Both the position numbers and the translations under genes were made by a program. DNA of 64,000 bases, from the NCBI GenBank assembly GCA_036986135.1, contig BTQZ01000001.1:171857-235856 (forward strand), written 5' to 3'. The stretch is from Anaerolineae bacterium (GTDB taxonomy: Bacteria; Chloroflexota; Anaerolineae; Anaerolineales; E44-bin32). The notes beneath the pieces were generated by a model. That model had not been told where the DNA came from, searched no databases, and saw only the letters and a list, made by a program, of their open reading frames with translations. The stretch's first letter is position 1; every line of letters begins with the position of its first letter. Positions 8,261 through 17,403 of the stretch are shown here, in pieces.

Positions 8261-11200
8261 TCAAATCCCAAGCTCCTTGAGCTGTGCTTCGAGGCGCTCC
8301 ACGTATCCGGGAGAGCCCATCTCCCTGAATTCCGAAACGGCCTCGTTCAGCAGCTCTTTTGCCCGCTCGCCATCCCCCGGTTCGCCTCTACGCAAATGGG
8401 CTCGAGACCAATCCTGCATTCGGATCGCCCTCCAGATTCTGGCCTCTGCCCGGCCAAGCTCAAGGTCGGCCTGCTCGAACGCGGAAAAAGCCTCCTCCCA
8501 CCGCTTTTCGGCCGCCAGCAGGCTCGCGCGCGCCATGCTGAGAACAACTGCGGACCAGCCACGCGAGTGCTCCGCATGAATGGTCTGCGCCTGCTCAAAG
8601 ACTTCTCGCGCGCCTGCCGTATCACCTTTCTCGGCCAAGACGACGCTGAGCACCGAGCGGTTGACCACTCGGGCCGCCCGAATCTTGTCCGCAGCCTCGT
8701 TCCCTTCCCGCATCACCATCTCGGCCTCGTCAAGCTCTCCGAGCCCAATCAGCAGCAGCCCGGTGAGGATCGAATCTGTTGCGATTTCATAGGCGGAGTT
8801 GGATTCCTTCGCCTGCCTGAAGATTTCTCGGTAGAGATCGACCGCTTTCGCCAGGTTGCCCTTGGCGTGATCAAGGGCTGCAAGAGCGGATGGGAAGGTC
8901 CTATCTGCTGCCTTCGCCTCGGGCATCTGCTCAATGATGTCCTCGATTTGGGTGATCATCTGCTCAGCATTCGATATCTCACCCAGGGTGGCGGCACTGC
9001 TGGCGGCATTGGATAGGGTGAATACCTCACCCGTGAGATCGCCAAGCTTACGATCGATTTCCGCGGCTTGCAGGTAGTGCTTGTATGCCGCGCGAATGTC
9101 GGCACCATAGAAAAAATAGATGACACCGAGGTTATTGTGCGCTCGAGATTCTTCTACCAATAAGCCCTCTGCTTTGCAGATCTCGACTGCCTCTTCAAGC
9201 GCTGCAATCGCATCTTCGGAACGCATGCTGGGCAAGATCCCGAGAGTGATGAGCGACTCGGCCTCGACGCGACGGGCGCGCACGTCTCTTGCCATCTCAA
9301 GCGCCTGATGACATAGCGGCTCAGCTTCGTCTGCCTCACCCAGGAAGTAGTGAGCTCGAGCAGTCTCATGAAGCAGGTCCGCAAGCTCGGGACTTTCCGG
9401 AGCGCCCTCCGCAAGTTTCAGACCTTGTTCGCATAGATCGAGCGTACCTGCGTTATCACCGGACCACCATCTTGCGCGCGCCATGCGCGAATAGCACCTG
9501 GCCACTTGGTCTGTGTTCCCTAGATCGCCATAGAGACCAGCCGCTTGTTCCCAGGCCGCTATGCCTTGGTCGTAGCGACCTACGCGAGCGACCACCTCGG
9601 CCAGGAGAGCCAGGAGCGAGGCACGCTGCTCTTCGGAGGGTTCAAGGTCTAGCGCGGCGCGGAAGTGATTCTCGGCCTCCTGGTTGGCAAATGCGGCGGA
9701 GGCCCGCTCCCCGGCCTTGACATAATACTGGCGAGCCTGCTCTTCGTCCCCTGCTTCCTCATGGTGGTATGCCAGGTCTTCGAAGTCTTCCGGCCGGGTG
9801 ACTTCGATGGCTGCTGCCGCACGGCGGTGGAGCCTTCGCCTGCGCAATGTACGGACTCCTTCGGCCAATGTAGTGGGAATGAGAGCGTGGACAAAGGAAA
9901 ACGTGGCGCTCCCCTCGCGGCTGATCTCTTCGATCAACTGCGCGTCTTCCGCGGTTTCGAGCGCGTCGATGAGCGTGTCCTCATCAAGATCGCTGGCTTC
10001 CGCCAGGGTGTCGAAATCAAACTCGCGACCCAGGATCGCGGCCAGATTGAGCGTGTCCTGATACTCCCCGGGGAACTTTGAGACGCGTGACTGGATCGCA
10101 ACCCGCACGCTCTGGGGAATCTCGATCTCCTCCATGTCGAGGCGGTCCCACCCGTCTTCCGTGTGGAACACCTGGCCGCTCTCGACCAGCGCCTTGCACA
10201 CTTCCTCGATGAAGAAGGGATTACCTTCCGTTTCTCCATATATAGCATCCAGGAACTCGGGGGTGATCTCTTCATCGAAGACGGCCGCGAGCAGGTCGCG
10301 GCTCTGTAGTTCGTCAAACCTCTTTAGCTTGAGGCGAGTGCCCAGCCGCTTGCGGTTGAGCTCGAGTAAGGCCTCGTGAAAGGGTCGTGCCTCATCGAGC
10401 TCTACTTCTCGGTAGGTTGCGGCTAGGAGCACTCGCTGATGCTGCGTTCTTCTAGCCAAATATCGAAGAAGCGAAAGCGATCCACTATCGGCCCAATGGG
10501 CATCATCGATAACCAGCATCAGGGGAGTGTGTTCGCTGATGGCCTGGCAAAACGCCACCACGTTCTCGAACAGTCGCTGTTGTTCGGCTTCCGGCTCCAA
10601 CTTCGGGTTGGGGAGGACGTCGGGGTAGTAGGGCTTCAGTTCCGGGGCCAATTCCAGCAGATCCCCCAGCACAAACTCCGGGAGCTTGAACCCATTCTCA
10701 GCGCCCTGCCGGAGTGCCATGCGAACGATCTGGGCGAATGGCGCATAGGGTGCACCGCCTTCGGATTCGCATTCGCCAATCAGCGATCTGCCCCCGGTGA
10801 CCTCGACGTGGGTAGAAAGCTCCCTGATCAGACGCGTCTTGCCGATTCCCGGCTCCCCGCTGATCAGCAGCAGCTGCCCCTCGCCCGCTAGGGCTTTGTT
10901 CCACAACCCGGTGGCGTCCATCAATTCCTGCTCCCGGCCAACAAAGCGGCCGCGAGCGATCCGACGCACGACCGCGATCTCTTTCACGCCCTCCGCCTCC
11001 GGATCGAGCAGGTCGCTTCGCTCTAGGATCTTCTGGACCTCACCCGCGGAAGTGGGCCTATTCTCGGGGGATTTCTCCATTAACTGCAGGATCAGGTTAT
11101 CGAGGCGCGGCGGCACATCTTCGTTCTTGGCCCGCGGAGGCACGACCGAGGCGTGTATATGCTGCGAGATGACGGCCAGTGGGTCGCCCTGGGCGAAGGG

Positions 11201-11815
11201 GAGTTCGCCGGTTGTGAGTTCATACAGCATGACGCCCAGCGAATAGAGGTCGGCCCGGCCGTCGAAGTCCTGCCCCAGCGCGATTTCGGGCGCCAGATAA
11301 AAAACCGTACCGACGATCTCGCCCTCCGAGGTCATGCGGGAGGCCACCGAACGGGCGATGCCGAAATCCATAAGCTTGGCGGCACCGTCGCCTGCGATGA
11401 GCACGTTTTCGGGTTTTAGATCACGATGCACCACGCCATGACTATGAGCGTGCTCCAACGCGGCGCATACCTGAGCTGCCACGCTGACGATGCCCCGCAT
11501 GTCTTTGGGAGGACGATCATGCAGGCTGGCGCCCTCGATCACCTCCATGACGATATAGGGGGAGCCGTCTTCCTCGCCCGCGTCGAAGACGGCTACGATG
11601 TTTGAGTGGCTCAGTTTGGCAATCGCCTGCGCTTCATTAAGCAGCCGATCGCGTCCCTCGGTGCCGAGCCCCGAGTCGGAGAGCACCTTCACCGCCACGT
11701 CGCGCTCCAGGGTCTGGTCGTGCGCGCGGTACACGGTGCCCATGCCGCCGCTACCGAGCTGCTGGTCTAATCGGTAGCGGTCATTAAGTACAGTTTGCTC
11801 TGAAATACTTGTCAT
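8261..11815 (-). CDS. Ser/Thr protein kinase fused to an AAA/STAND-type ATPase and TPR repeats
   Basis: Kinase motifs GSGGMGTV, VAVKVL, HRDLKPEN, DFG and APE. Walker A GEPGIGKT and Walker B LVIDDAHWAD. Long C-terminal TPR-like repeat region. Confidence 0.85.
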   Translation of the reverse strand: MTSISEQTVLNDRYRLDQQLGSGGMGTVYRAHDQTLERDVAVKVLSDSGLGTEGRDRLLNEAQAIAKLSHSNIVAVFDAGEEDGSPYIVMEVIEGASLHDRPPKDMRGIVSVAAQVCAALEHAHSHGVVHRDLKPENVLIAGDGAAKLMDFGIARSVASRMTSEGEIVGTVFYLAPEIALGQDFDGRADLYSLGVMLYELTTGELPFAQGDPLAVISQHIHASVVPPRAKNEDVPPRLDNLILQLMEKSPENRPTSAGEVQKILERSDLLDPEAEGVKEIAVVRRIARGRFVGREQELMDATGLWNKALAGEGQLLLISGEPGIGKTRLIRELSTHVEVTGGRSLIGECESEGGAPYAPFAQIVRMALRQGAENGFKLPEFVLGDLLELAPELKPYYPDVLPNPKLEPEAEQQRLFENVVAFCQAISEHTPLMLVIDDAHWADSGSLSLLRYLARRTQHQRVLLAATYREVELDEARPFHEALLELNRKRLGTRLKLKRFDELQSRDLLAAVFDEEITPEFLDAIYGETEGNPFFIEEVCKALVESGQVFHTEDGWDRLDMEEIEIPQSVRVAIQSRVSKFPGEYQDTLNLAAILGREFDFDTLAEASDLDEDTLIDALETAEDAQLIEEISREGSATFSFVHALIPTTLAEGVRTLRRRRLHRRAAAAIEVTRPEDFEDLAYHHEEAGDEEQARQYYVKAGERASAAFANQEAENHFRAALDLEPSEEQRASLLALLAEVVARVGRYDQGIAAWEQAAGLYGDLGNTDQVARCYSRMARARWWSGDNAGTLDLCEQGLKLAEGAPESPELADLLHETARAHYFLGEADEAEPLCHQALEMARDVRARRVEAESLITLGILPSMRSEDAIAALEEAVEICKAEGLLVEESRAHNNLGVIYFFYGADIRAAYKHYLQAAEIDRKLGDLTGEVFTLSNAASSAATLGEISNAEQMITQIEDIIEQMPEAKAADRTFPSALAALDHAKGNLAKAVDLYREIFRQAKESNSAYEIATDSILTGLLLIGLGELDEAEMVMREGNEAADKIRAARVVNRSVLSVVLAEKGDTAGAREVFEQAQTIHAEHSRGWSAVVLSMARASLLAAEKRWEEAFSAFEQADLELGRAEARIWRAIRMQDWSRAHLRRGEPGDGERAKELLNEAVSEFREMGSPGYVERLEAQLKELGI

Positions 11816-11963
11816 AAGTGTTTTCGTTGAGGACTTTGACGGCGACGTCGCGATTCATCTCGGGATCGTGGGCTTGACCGACCGTGCCGGTGCCTCCCCT
11901 GCCCAACTCAGCCTCGAGCCGATAGCGATCGTTGAGTCCCGCACCTGAGGGGAACTGGGTCAT
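11784..11963 (-). pseudogene. Remnant of a paralogous Ser/Thr kinase N-lobe (59-codon ORF)
   Basis: Translates as MTQFPSGAGLNDRYRLEAELGRGGTGTVGQAHDPEMNRDVAVKVLNENTYDKYFRANCT*. About 25 of 38 residues match the N-terminus of the adjacent kinase. The ATG overlaps the phosphatase stop (ATGA at 11960-11963), and the 3' end overlaps the kinase start out of frame. Confidence 0.55.
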
Positions 11964-13222
11964 TCGCGCTTGGCTACGAGCAGGGTGATGTCGTCGAAGG
12001 GCTGAGCATCGCCGATGAATTGCTGCAATGCCTGAAGCAGATTGAGGGAAATTTCCTGAGCGGAACGCGATCCGGCGGATTTAATCGACTCCCGCATGCG
12101 ATCCTCGCCGAAGGCTTCCTCCGCTGAATTCAACGCGTCCGGCACGCCGTCCGTGTACATGATCAGGGTATCACCGGGTTCGAGCTCCGCAGTGCTTTGC
12201 TCCAATACGAGCGATTCGTCCACGCCCAGTAGAATGCCGGTTCGATCGAGTTCCTCGAATGAGCCCGAAGCGGCGCGGTAGATCAGCGGCGGGTTGTGTC
12301 CGGCGTTGACATAGACCATTTCGCCATCCTCAGGGCTCACTCGCCCATAGAAGAACGTCACCGGCATGGCGGAGGTTGAATTCGCGCATACCAGGCGGTT
12401 GGCCTTCGTGATGGCCTCTGCAGGCGAAGCGGCTTCCTCCAGACTGGCCCGGACCATGCTGCGTGTCAACGCCATGAAGAGCGCAGCTCCCATGCCTTTA
12501 TCGGTGACATCGGCAATCACCAGGCCCATTCTCTCATCATCCGTAGCGATGAAGTCGTAGAAGTCGCCTGCCACTTCACGCGCCGGCAGCCAGCTGGCGG
12601 CAAACTGCCAGCCCTTCAGCTTGGGTATCTCCTCCGGAATCAGCCCGGTCTGAACCGTGCGTGCCATCGAGAGCTCCCGCTCCATGCGACCCTTGTCGAC
12701 TGCCACTTGATATAGGCGTGCGTTTTCAATGGCTGTAGCCGCACTAGAGGCGATGGCGTTCAGGAGCTCGAGGTCGTCGTTGGTGAAGATGCCTGCATGC
12801 AGGCGGTTGTCCACATAGATCGCACCAAGGGTTTGATCCTTGACATGCAGGGGTGAGCAAAGAATGGATCGCAGACCCAGGCTCATTACACTCTGCCGGC
12901 CCATGAACCGTTTATCATGCTGGGCGTCGCTGGTGAGCACACCCTGACCCTCACCGATCACCTCCCCAACCACGCCGCGAGAAATCTTAAAATCCGGATC
13001 TTCAAGGGTCTCTTTTTCCATGCCGCGCGCGGCGCGGAACACGAGGCTACCATGCGGTTCTTTAAGCACCACGAAGCCACGTTCGGCGTTGACGGCCGAA
13101 ATCACCTCGTCCATGACGGTGTTCAACACATCATCCAAGTCAAGGGACGAATTAAATGTCTTGGAGAGTTGGTAGACTAACTCTAAACGATCGGTATTGG
13201 GCTCAGGTGCTTTATCAGTCAT
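11960..13222 (-). CDS. GAF-domain PP2C (SpoIIE/RsbU-type) protein phosphatase
   Basis: 420 aa with an N-terminal GAF domain (ERGFVVLKE.., AIYVDN) and a C-terminal PPM domain (GDFYDF, VIADVTDKG, MYTDGV, DDITLL). Confidence 0.85.
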   Translation of the reverse strand: MTDKAPEPNTDRLELVYQLSKTFNSSLDLDDVLNTVMDEVISAVNAERGFVVLKEPHGSLVFRAARGMEKETLEDPDFKISRGVVGEVIGEGQGVLTSDAQHDKRFMGRQSVMSLGLRSILCSPLHVKDQTLGAIYVDNRLHAGIFTNDDLELLNAIASSAATAIENARLYQVAVDKGRMERELSMARTVQTGLIPEEIPKLKGWQFAASWLPAREVAGDFYDFIATDDERMGLVIADVTDKGMGAALFMALTRSMVRASLEEAASPAEAITKANRLVCANSTSAMPVTFFYGRVSPEDGEMVYVNAGHNPPLIYRAASGSFEELDRTGILLGVDESLVLEQSTAELEPGDTLIMYTDGVPDALNSAEEAFGEDRMRESIKSAGSRSAQEISLNLLQALQQFIGDAQPFDDITLLVAKRE

Positions 13223-13523
13223 GTGTTCTACCGAGCAGAAAATGATGCCTGGGCCCCAAGCATCATTGTTGCTGACAACGTTGATAACACCGAACTGGAT
13301 AATGGGAGCTTATCACCGTCCTCTTCGAGATCGTCTAACCTCCGAAAGGAGAGTTGAAATCGTGTCAACGCCCTTCTCCACATCCAGAATAGACGGGAAG
13401 CTCACCGAATCTGTCCTCTTCGACGGTGCTCTTCTTTACTACAATCATGACGCGCGAAAACGCATCCTTGTCTCGGCACCAAAGAGTAGTCATCTCACTC
13501 GTATTATCACATAGGGAACTGAA

Positions 13524-15050
13524 TTGGCGCGCTTGCACGAATATCAAGGAAAGGCGCTTCTCAAGGCGCTCAAGATCGCCGTCCCGAAGGGAGAGCCCGC
13601 CCGGAGCCCCGATGAAGCGCGAGCAATCACCGAGGAATTGGCATGCCCGGTAGCAGTGAAGGGCCAGGCATGGGTAACTGGCCGCGCCGGGTACGGCGCG
13701 ATTCGCTTCGCTAAGACGCCCCAAGAAGCAGGTGAGGCGGCCACCGCAATCCTCGGAATGCAGATCGATGGTTTCCAGGTAGATACAGTGCTGGTCGAAG
13801 AGAAGCTCGACGTCGAAAGGGAATTCTATGCCGGGCTGATCATCGACGACCGTTGCCAGGCGCCGGTGTTGATCTTCAGTAGCCAGGGTGGAAGCGGGAT
13901 CGAGGAAATCGCACGCGAGCATCCCGAATCCATCGCCCGGGAAGTCATCGATGTTCGCCGCGGCTTGTCCGAATATCGGGCACGTGACCTCATCCGCCAG
14001 GTCGATCTGCACGGGAAGCTTCAGGCCGGCCTGGGCCGCATGGTAAGCCAACTCTACCAAGTTGCCCGGCGCTATGATGCGCGCGCGGCTGAGATCAACC
14101 CCATCGTGCTCACCACGGAGGGTGCGCTCTACGCGGCAGATTGCCGTATCACCGTGGACGACAACGCGGTTTACCGTCACCCGGATCTCGGAATTGAGGT
14201 CGCCCGCGAATTCGACAGGCCTGCCTCGCGCCTCGAAACCATCGCGTGGCAGGTGGAAAAGGACGACTATCGCGGAACCTTTTATTTCATCCAGCTCGAG
14301 CACGATTTCGAAGGTGGAGAGGGAGTGATTGGTTTTCATGGCGCCGGCGGTGGAGGCTCAATGATGAGCATGGATGCCGTGCTGAACCGCGGCTACCGGC
14401 TGGCAAATTTCGTGGACACAAGCGGGAACCCGCCGGCCTCCAAGGTATACCGCGCGGCGCGAATTGTGCTGGCTCAGGAAGGAATCGATGGGTATTTTGC
14501 CTCCGGCTCAGGAGTGGCTTCACAAGAGCAATTTCACAGTGCGCGCGGGCTTGTCAAAGCCTTCATGGAAGTTCCGCTGAGGGTGCCGGCTGTGATCCGA
14601 CTGGGCGGCAACGCCGAAGACCGAGCGATCGCGATCCTGGAGCGAGCGCGTGACGAGATTCCAGCACCGGTCGAGGGCTACGGCAAGGATGATGCCCCCG
14701 AATTCTGTGCCGAGAGACTTGATTATTTAGTCCGAAACCTCGAGCCGCGTGCTGAGAAACATGACGGCTGGAGCCGATCCGAGCCCCGGCAGCCGTACAG
14801 CTTTGGGACGGTGACCGGCGGCGAGGTGACGCTCGACCATCGAGCCTGCCAAGATTGCGCGTCCAAGATCTGTATTGAAACCTGCGTGCCCGGAATCCTC
14901 GAGTTGCAGGGTGGTCTCCCGGTCCTGAATATCACGCCGGAGGAGGCCCAGAAGGGTGGTTGTAGCGAGTGCCTGGCCTGTGAAATTGAATGCTTCTTCG
15001 AAGGCAACCGCGGCGGGTATGTCAGTCTGCCGATTGCAGGGCTCGATTGA
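13524..15050 (+). CDS. SucC/CcsA-like ATP-grasp CoA ligase beta-type subunit with a C-terminal 2x[4Fe-4S] ferredoxin-like domain
   Basis: TTG start. The N-terminus [13 protein letters not shown] matches the SucC N-terminus. The C-terminal 80 aa carry [15 protein letters not shown] and [11 protein letters not shown]. Confidence 0.75.
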   Translation: MARLHEYQGKALLKALKIAVPKGEPARSPDEARAITEELACPVAVKGQAWVTGRAGYGAIRFAKTPQEAGEAATAILGMQIDGFQVDTVLVEEKLDVEREFYAGLIIDDRCQAPVLIFSSQGGSGIEEIAREHPESIAREVIDVRRGLSEYRARDLIRQVDLHGKLQAGLGRMVSQLYQVARRYDARAAEINPIVLTTEGALYAADCRITVDDNAVYRHPDLGIEVAREFDRPASRLETIAWQVEKDDYRGTFYFIQLEHDFEGGEGVIGFHGAGGGGSMMSMDAVLNRGYRLANFVDTSGNPPASKVYRAARIVLAQEGIDGYFASGSGVASQEQFHSARGLVKAFMEVPLRVPAVIRLGGNAEDRAIAILERARDEIPAPVEGYGKDDAPEFCAERLDYLVRNLEPRAEKHDGWSRSEPRQPYSFGTVTGGEVTLDHRACQDCASKICIETCVPGILELQGGLPVLNITPEEAQKGGCSECLACEIECFFEGNRGGYVSLPIAGLD

Positions 15051-15163
15051 TCCGAGGCTTCGGATGAGTGTCCCCAAGCAGTTCCCGGCAACCGGCGCAT
15101 GCCATGTCACCAGGCTCATAACTGAAACACAGAGATCCGAATTTGGCAGACGCAGAGGTCTGA

Positions 15164-16075
15164 ATGGCCGTCCTGATTAACGAGACCAAGCGGGTGCTGG
15201 TGCAAGGCATCACCGGTCGTGAGGGAAGCGCGCGCGCGCATTTGATGAAGGAATATGGAACCCAGGTAGTGGCTGGCGTGACGCCAGGGAAGGGCGGCAA
15301 AGACGTCGTTGGAATTCCGGTATTCGATACCGTCTTGGAGGCCATCGAGCGGGCCGGACCGATCGACGTCAGCGTGCTATTCATTCCCGCGCCATTGGTA
15401 AAGGGAGCGGCTCTGGAAGCGATCGATGGCGGGGTCAAGCTGCTCATTATCGTCCCGGATCGCGTACCGATCTACGATGTGCTGGAAATTGCCGAGGCCG
15501 CCAAGCGAACGGGAGCGCGATTCGTTGGTCCGAATACCCTTGGGGTACTCTCCCCGGACAGAGCGGTGCTGGGAATGATCGGTGGACGAGCAAGCTCTGC
15601 AAGATCCTGGTTCTTCCCTGGGCCGGTCGGCATCGCCTCGCGCTCTGGTGGGATCACGTCCTCGATGGCTTACTACCTGGGCCAGGCAGGGATCGGCGCT
15701 ACGACCCTTCTGCACGTGGGCGGGGATCCGGTGGTTGGGACGCCGCTTCCGGACGCTGCCGAGCTCTTTGAAGGGGATCCGGATACCAAGGCCATCGTGA
15801 TGTTCGGCGAGATAGGCAGCAGCCAGGAGGAACGGGTTGCTGACCTTGTAGAATCGGGAGCAGTGACTAAGCCGATCGTGGCGTACATCGGTGGGAAAGC
15901 AGCCAAGAGCGGGACTCGATTCAGCCACGCCGGCGCGATTGTCGAGGGCAGCCGCGGTACATATGAGGGCAAGGTGAAACGCCTGCGAGAAGTGGGTGTG
16001 ACGATCGTGGAAGCGTTTGGGGAACTACCGCAGGTGACGGCAAATGTAATGAAAGAGCATGGGATCCATCAATGA
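15164..16075 (+). CDS. SucD/CcsB-like CoA-binding alpha-type subunit
   Basis: 303 aa with [17 protein letters not shown] and the phosphohistidine loop SHAGAIV. Confidence 0.8.
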   Translation: MAVLINETKRVLVQGITGREGSARAHLMKEYGTQVVAGVTPGKGGKDVVGIPVFDTVLEAIERAGPIDVSVLFIPAPLVKGAALEAIDGGVKLLIIVPDRVPIYDVLEIAEAAKRTGARFVGPNTLGVLSPDRAVLGMIGGRASSARSWFFPGPVGIASRSGGITSSMAYYLGQAGIGATTLLHVGGDPVVGTPLPDAAELFEGDPDTKAIVMFGEIGSSQEERVADLVESGAVTKPIVAYIGGKAAKSGTRFSHAGAIVEGSRGTYEGKVKRLREVGVTIVEAFGELPQVTANVMKEHGIHQ

Positions 16076-16851
16076 GTGAATCTAGCTGGAAGACCTCTAT
16101 TACCGAGATCAAGCCCAATGAAGTGCGATTGCGGGGCTACTTGATCGATGAGTTGATGGGCCGGGTCAGCTTCGGCCAAGCGGTACACCTCGCGCTGAAG
16201 GGCGAGCTCCCAACATCGGAGGTCGGGAAATTGCTGGATGCGATCCTGGTCTGCTCCATCGACCATGGCGCCTCGCCGCCATCCGCTTTGGCGGCGAGAA
16301 CGGCCGCCTCCACCGGAGCGCCGCTAAATGCTGCTGTGGCCGCCGGCCTGCTCTCGATCAACCGCTACCACGGAGGAGCGATCGAGGATTGCATGGCGGT
16401 GCTAGAGACAGGAATTGAACGCGCAAGAGAGGCCGGAAGCCAGCTCTCAGAAGTCGCCGGAGAGCTCGTGCAAGAGCATCGCGCGGCCAAGAAACGGATC
16501 CCCGGGCTGGGCCATCGGATTCATGCCAAAGACCCGCGTACTGGCAAGCTCTTCGCGCTGGCCCATGAAGCCGGAATTGCGGGTCAGGGCGTGGAAATGA
16601 TCCGGGCTCTCCGGGAGGCGATGGCAGCTGACGGGAAGGAGCTGCCGATCAATGTGGATGGCGCGATCGCGGCGCTGCTCATAGACATGGAGATCCCGCG
16701 TAAGCTTGGCAACGCATTCTTTATGATGGCGAGGGTCCCGGGCTTGGTGGCACAAGTTCATGAGGAGCAAAGCCGCGAGCGTCCCATGCGCCGGATCCAT
16801 CCCACAGATCACATCTATGACGGCCCCGATGCCAGGTCGTTGACGGAGTGA
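16072..16851 (+). CDS. Citryl-CoA lyase-like protein (short citrate-synthase-fold protein)
   Basis: 259 aa with HGASPPS, INRYHGGA and GLGHRIHAKDPR. Overlaps the upstream gene by 4 nt. Confidence 0.7.
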   Translation: MSESSWKTSITEIKPNEVRLRGYLIDELMGRVSFGQAVHLALKGELPTSEVGKLLDAILVCSIDHGASPPSALAARTAASTGAPLNAAVAAGLLSINRYHGGAIEDCMAVLETGIERAREAGSQLSEVAGELVQEHRAAKKRIPGLGHRIHAKDPRTGKLFALAHEAGIAGQGVEMIRALREAMAADGKELPINVDGAIAALLIDMEIPRKLGNAFFMMARVPGLVAQVHEEQSRERPMRRIHPTDHIYDGPDARSLTE

Positions 16852-16858
16852 GGCAAGC

Positions 16859-17401
16859 ATGTCAGAAGAATTAATGGAACTGATCCCCGAGTTTCGTCTG
16901 ATCCAAGACCGCGACCTCCGTCAAAGGACACTGGCAGTGTGGCAGGAGGCGATGGAGATCGGGGGCTGGTCTGCAGATGACCTGCGCCGGATGCCTTATA
17001 CGCTGCTGGTTGAAGGGGTGGACATCCCCTTTCCCCAACACGTCAGCGTCGTCTGTCGTCTGTGCGTCGCCATGCTTGACATTCTTCTGGAAGACTATGG
17101 CGATCGGTATGAGATCGACCGCGACACCCTGATCGCAGGCGCACTGCTTGCGGATGTCGGCAAGCTGATTGAATTCCGCGAGCAGGACGGCGAATACCAG
17201 TGGGCGAGCATGTACAAGTACCTGCGACACCCATTCACCGGCGTGGGGCTGTGCTTCAAGCATGACATACCTGAAGCCGTGATGCATGTGGTCGCTACCC
17301 ATTCATGGGAGGGGGACAAGTTCAAGCGACGACCGGAGTCCATCATTTTTCATCACGCCGACTTTACCGATTTCGATCTCACGAAGTTCGCGAGCAGCTG
17401 A
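16859..17401 (+). CDS. HD-domain-like protein with a degenerate metal motif
   Basis: 180 aa. GALLADVGK occupies the position where HD proteins carry GxLLHDIGK. Confidence 0.5.
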   Translation: MSEELMELIPEFRLIQDRDLRQRTLAVWQEAMEIGGWSADDLRRMPYTLLVEGVDIPFPQHVSVVCRLCVAMLDILLEDYGDRYEIDRDTLIAGALLADVGKLIEFREQDGEYQWASMYKYLRHPFTGVGLCFKHDIPEAVMHVVATHSWEGDKFKRRPESIIFHHADFTDFDLTKFASS

Positions 17402-17403
17402 GC

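Noticed and set aside
13365-14339. Long ORFs antisense to or overlapping well-supported genes. Examples: 13365..14339, 20299..21642, 48462..49973, 39330..40229, 41734..42645, 37268..37900, 34787..35554, 46072..46701, 25307..25918, 3013..3687.
   Set aside because: Their translations are Arg/Pro/Gly-rich with no recognisable motifs. Each lies opposite a gene with clear family signatures. Such ORFs are typical artefacts of stop-codon depletion in high-GC DNA.
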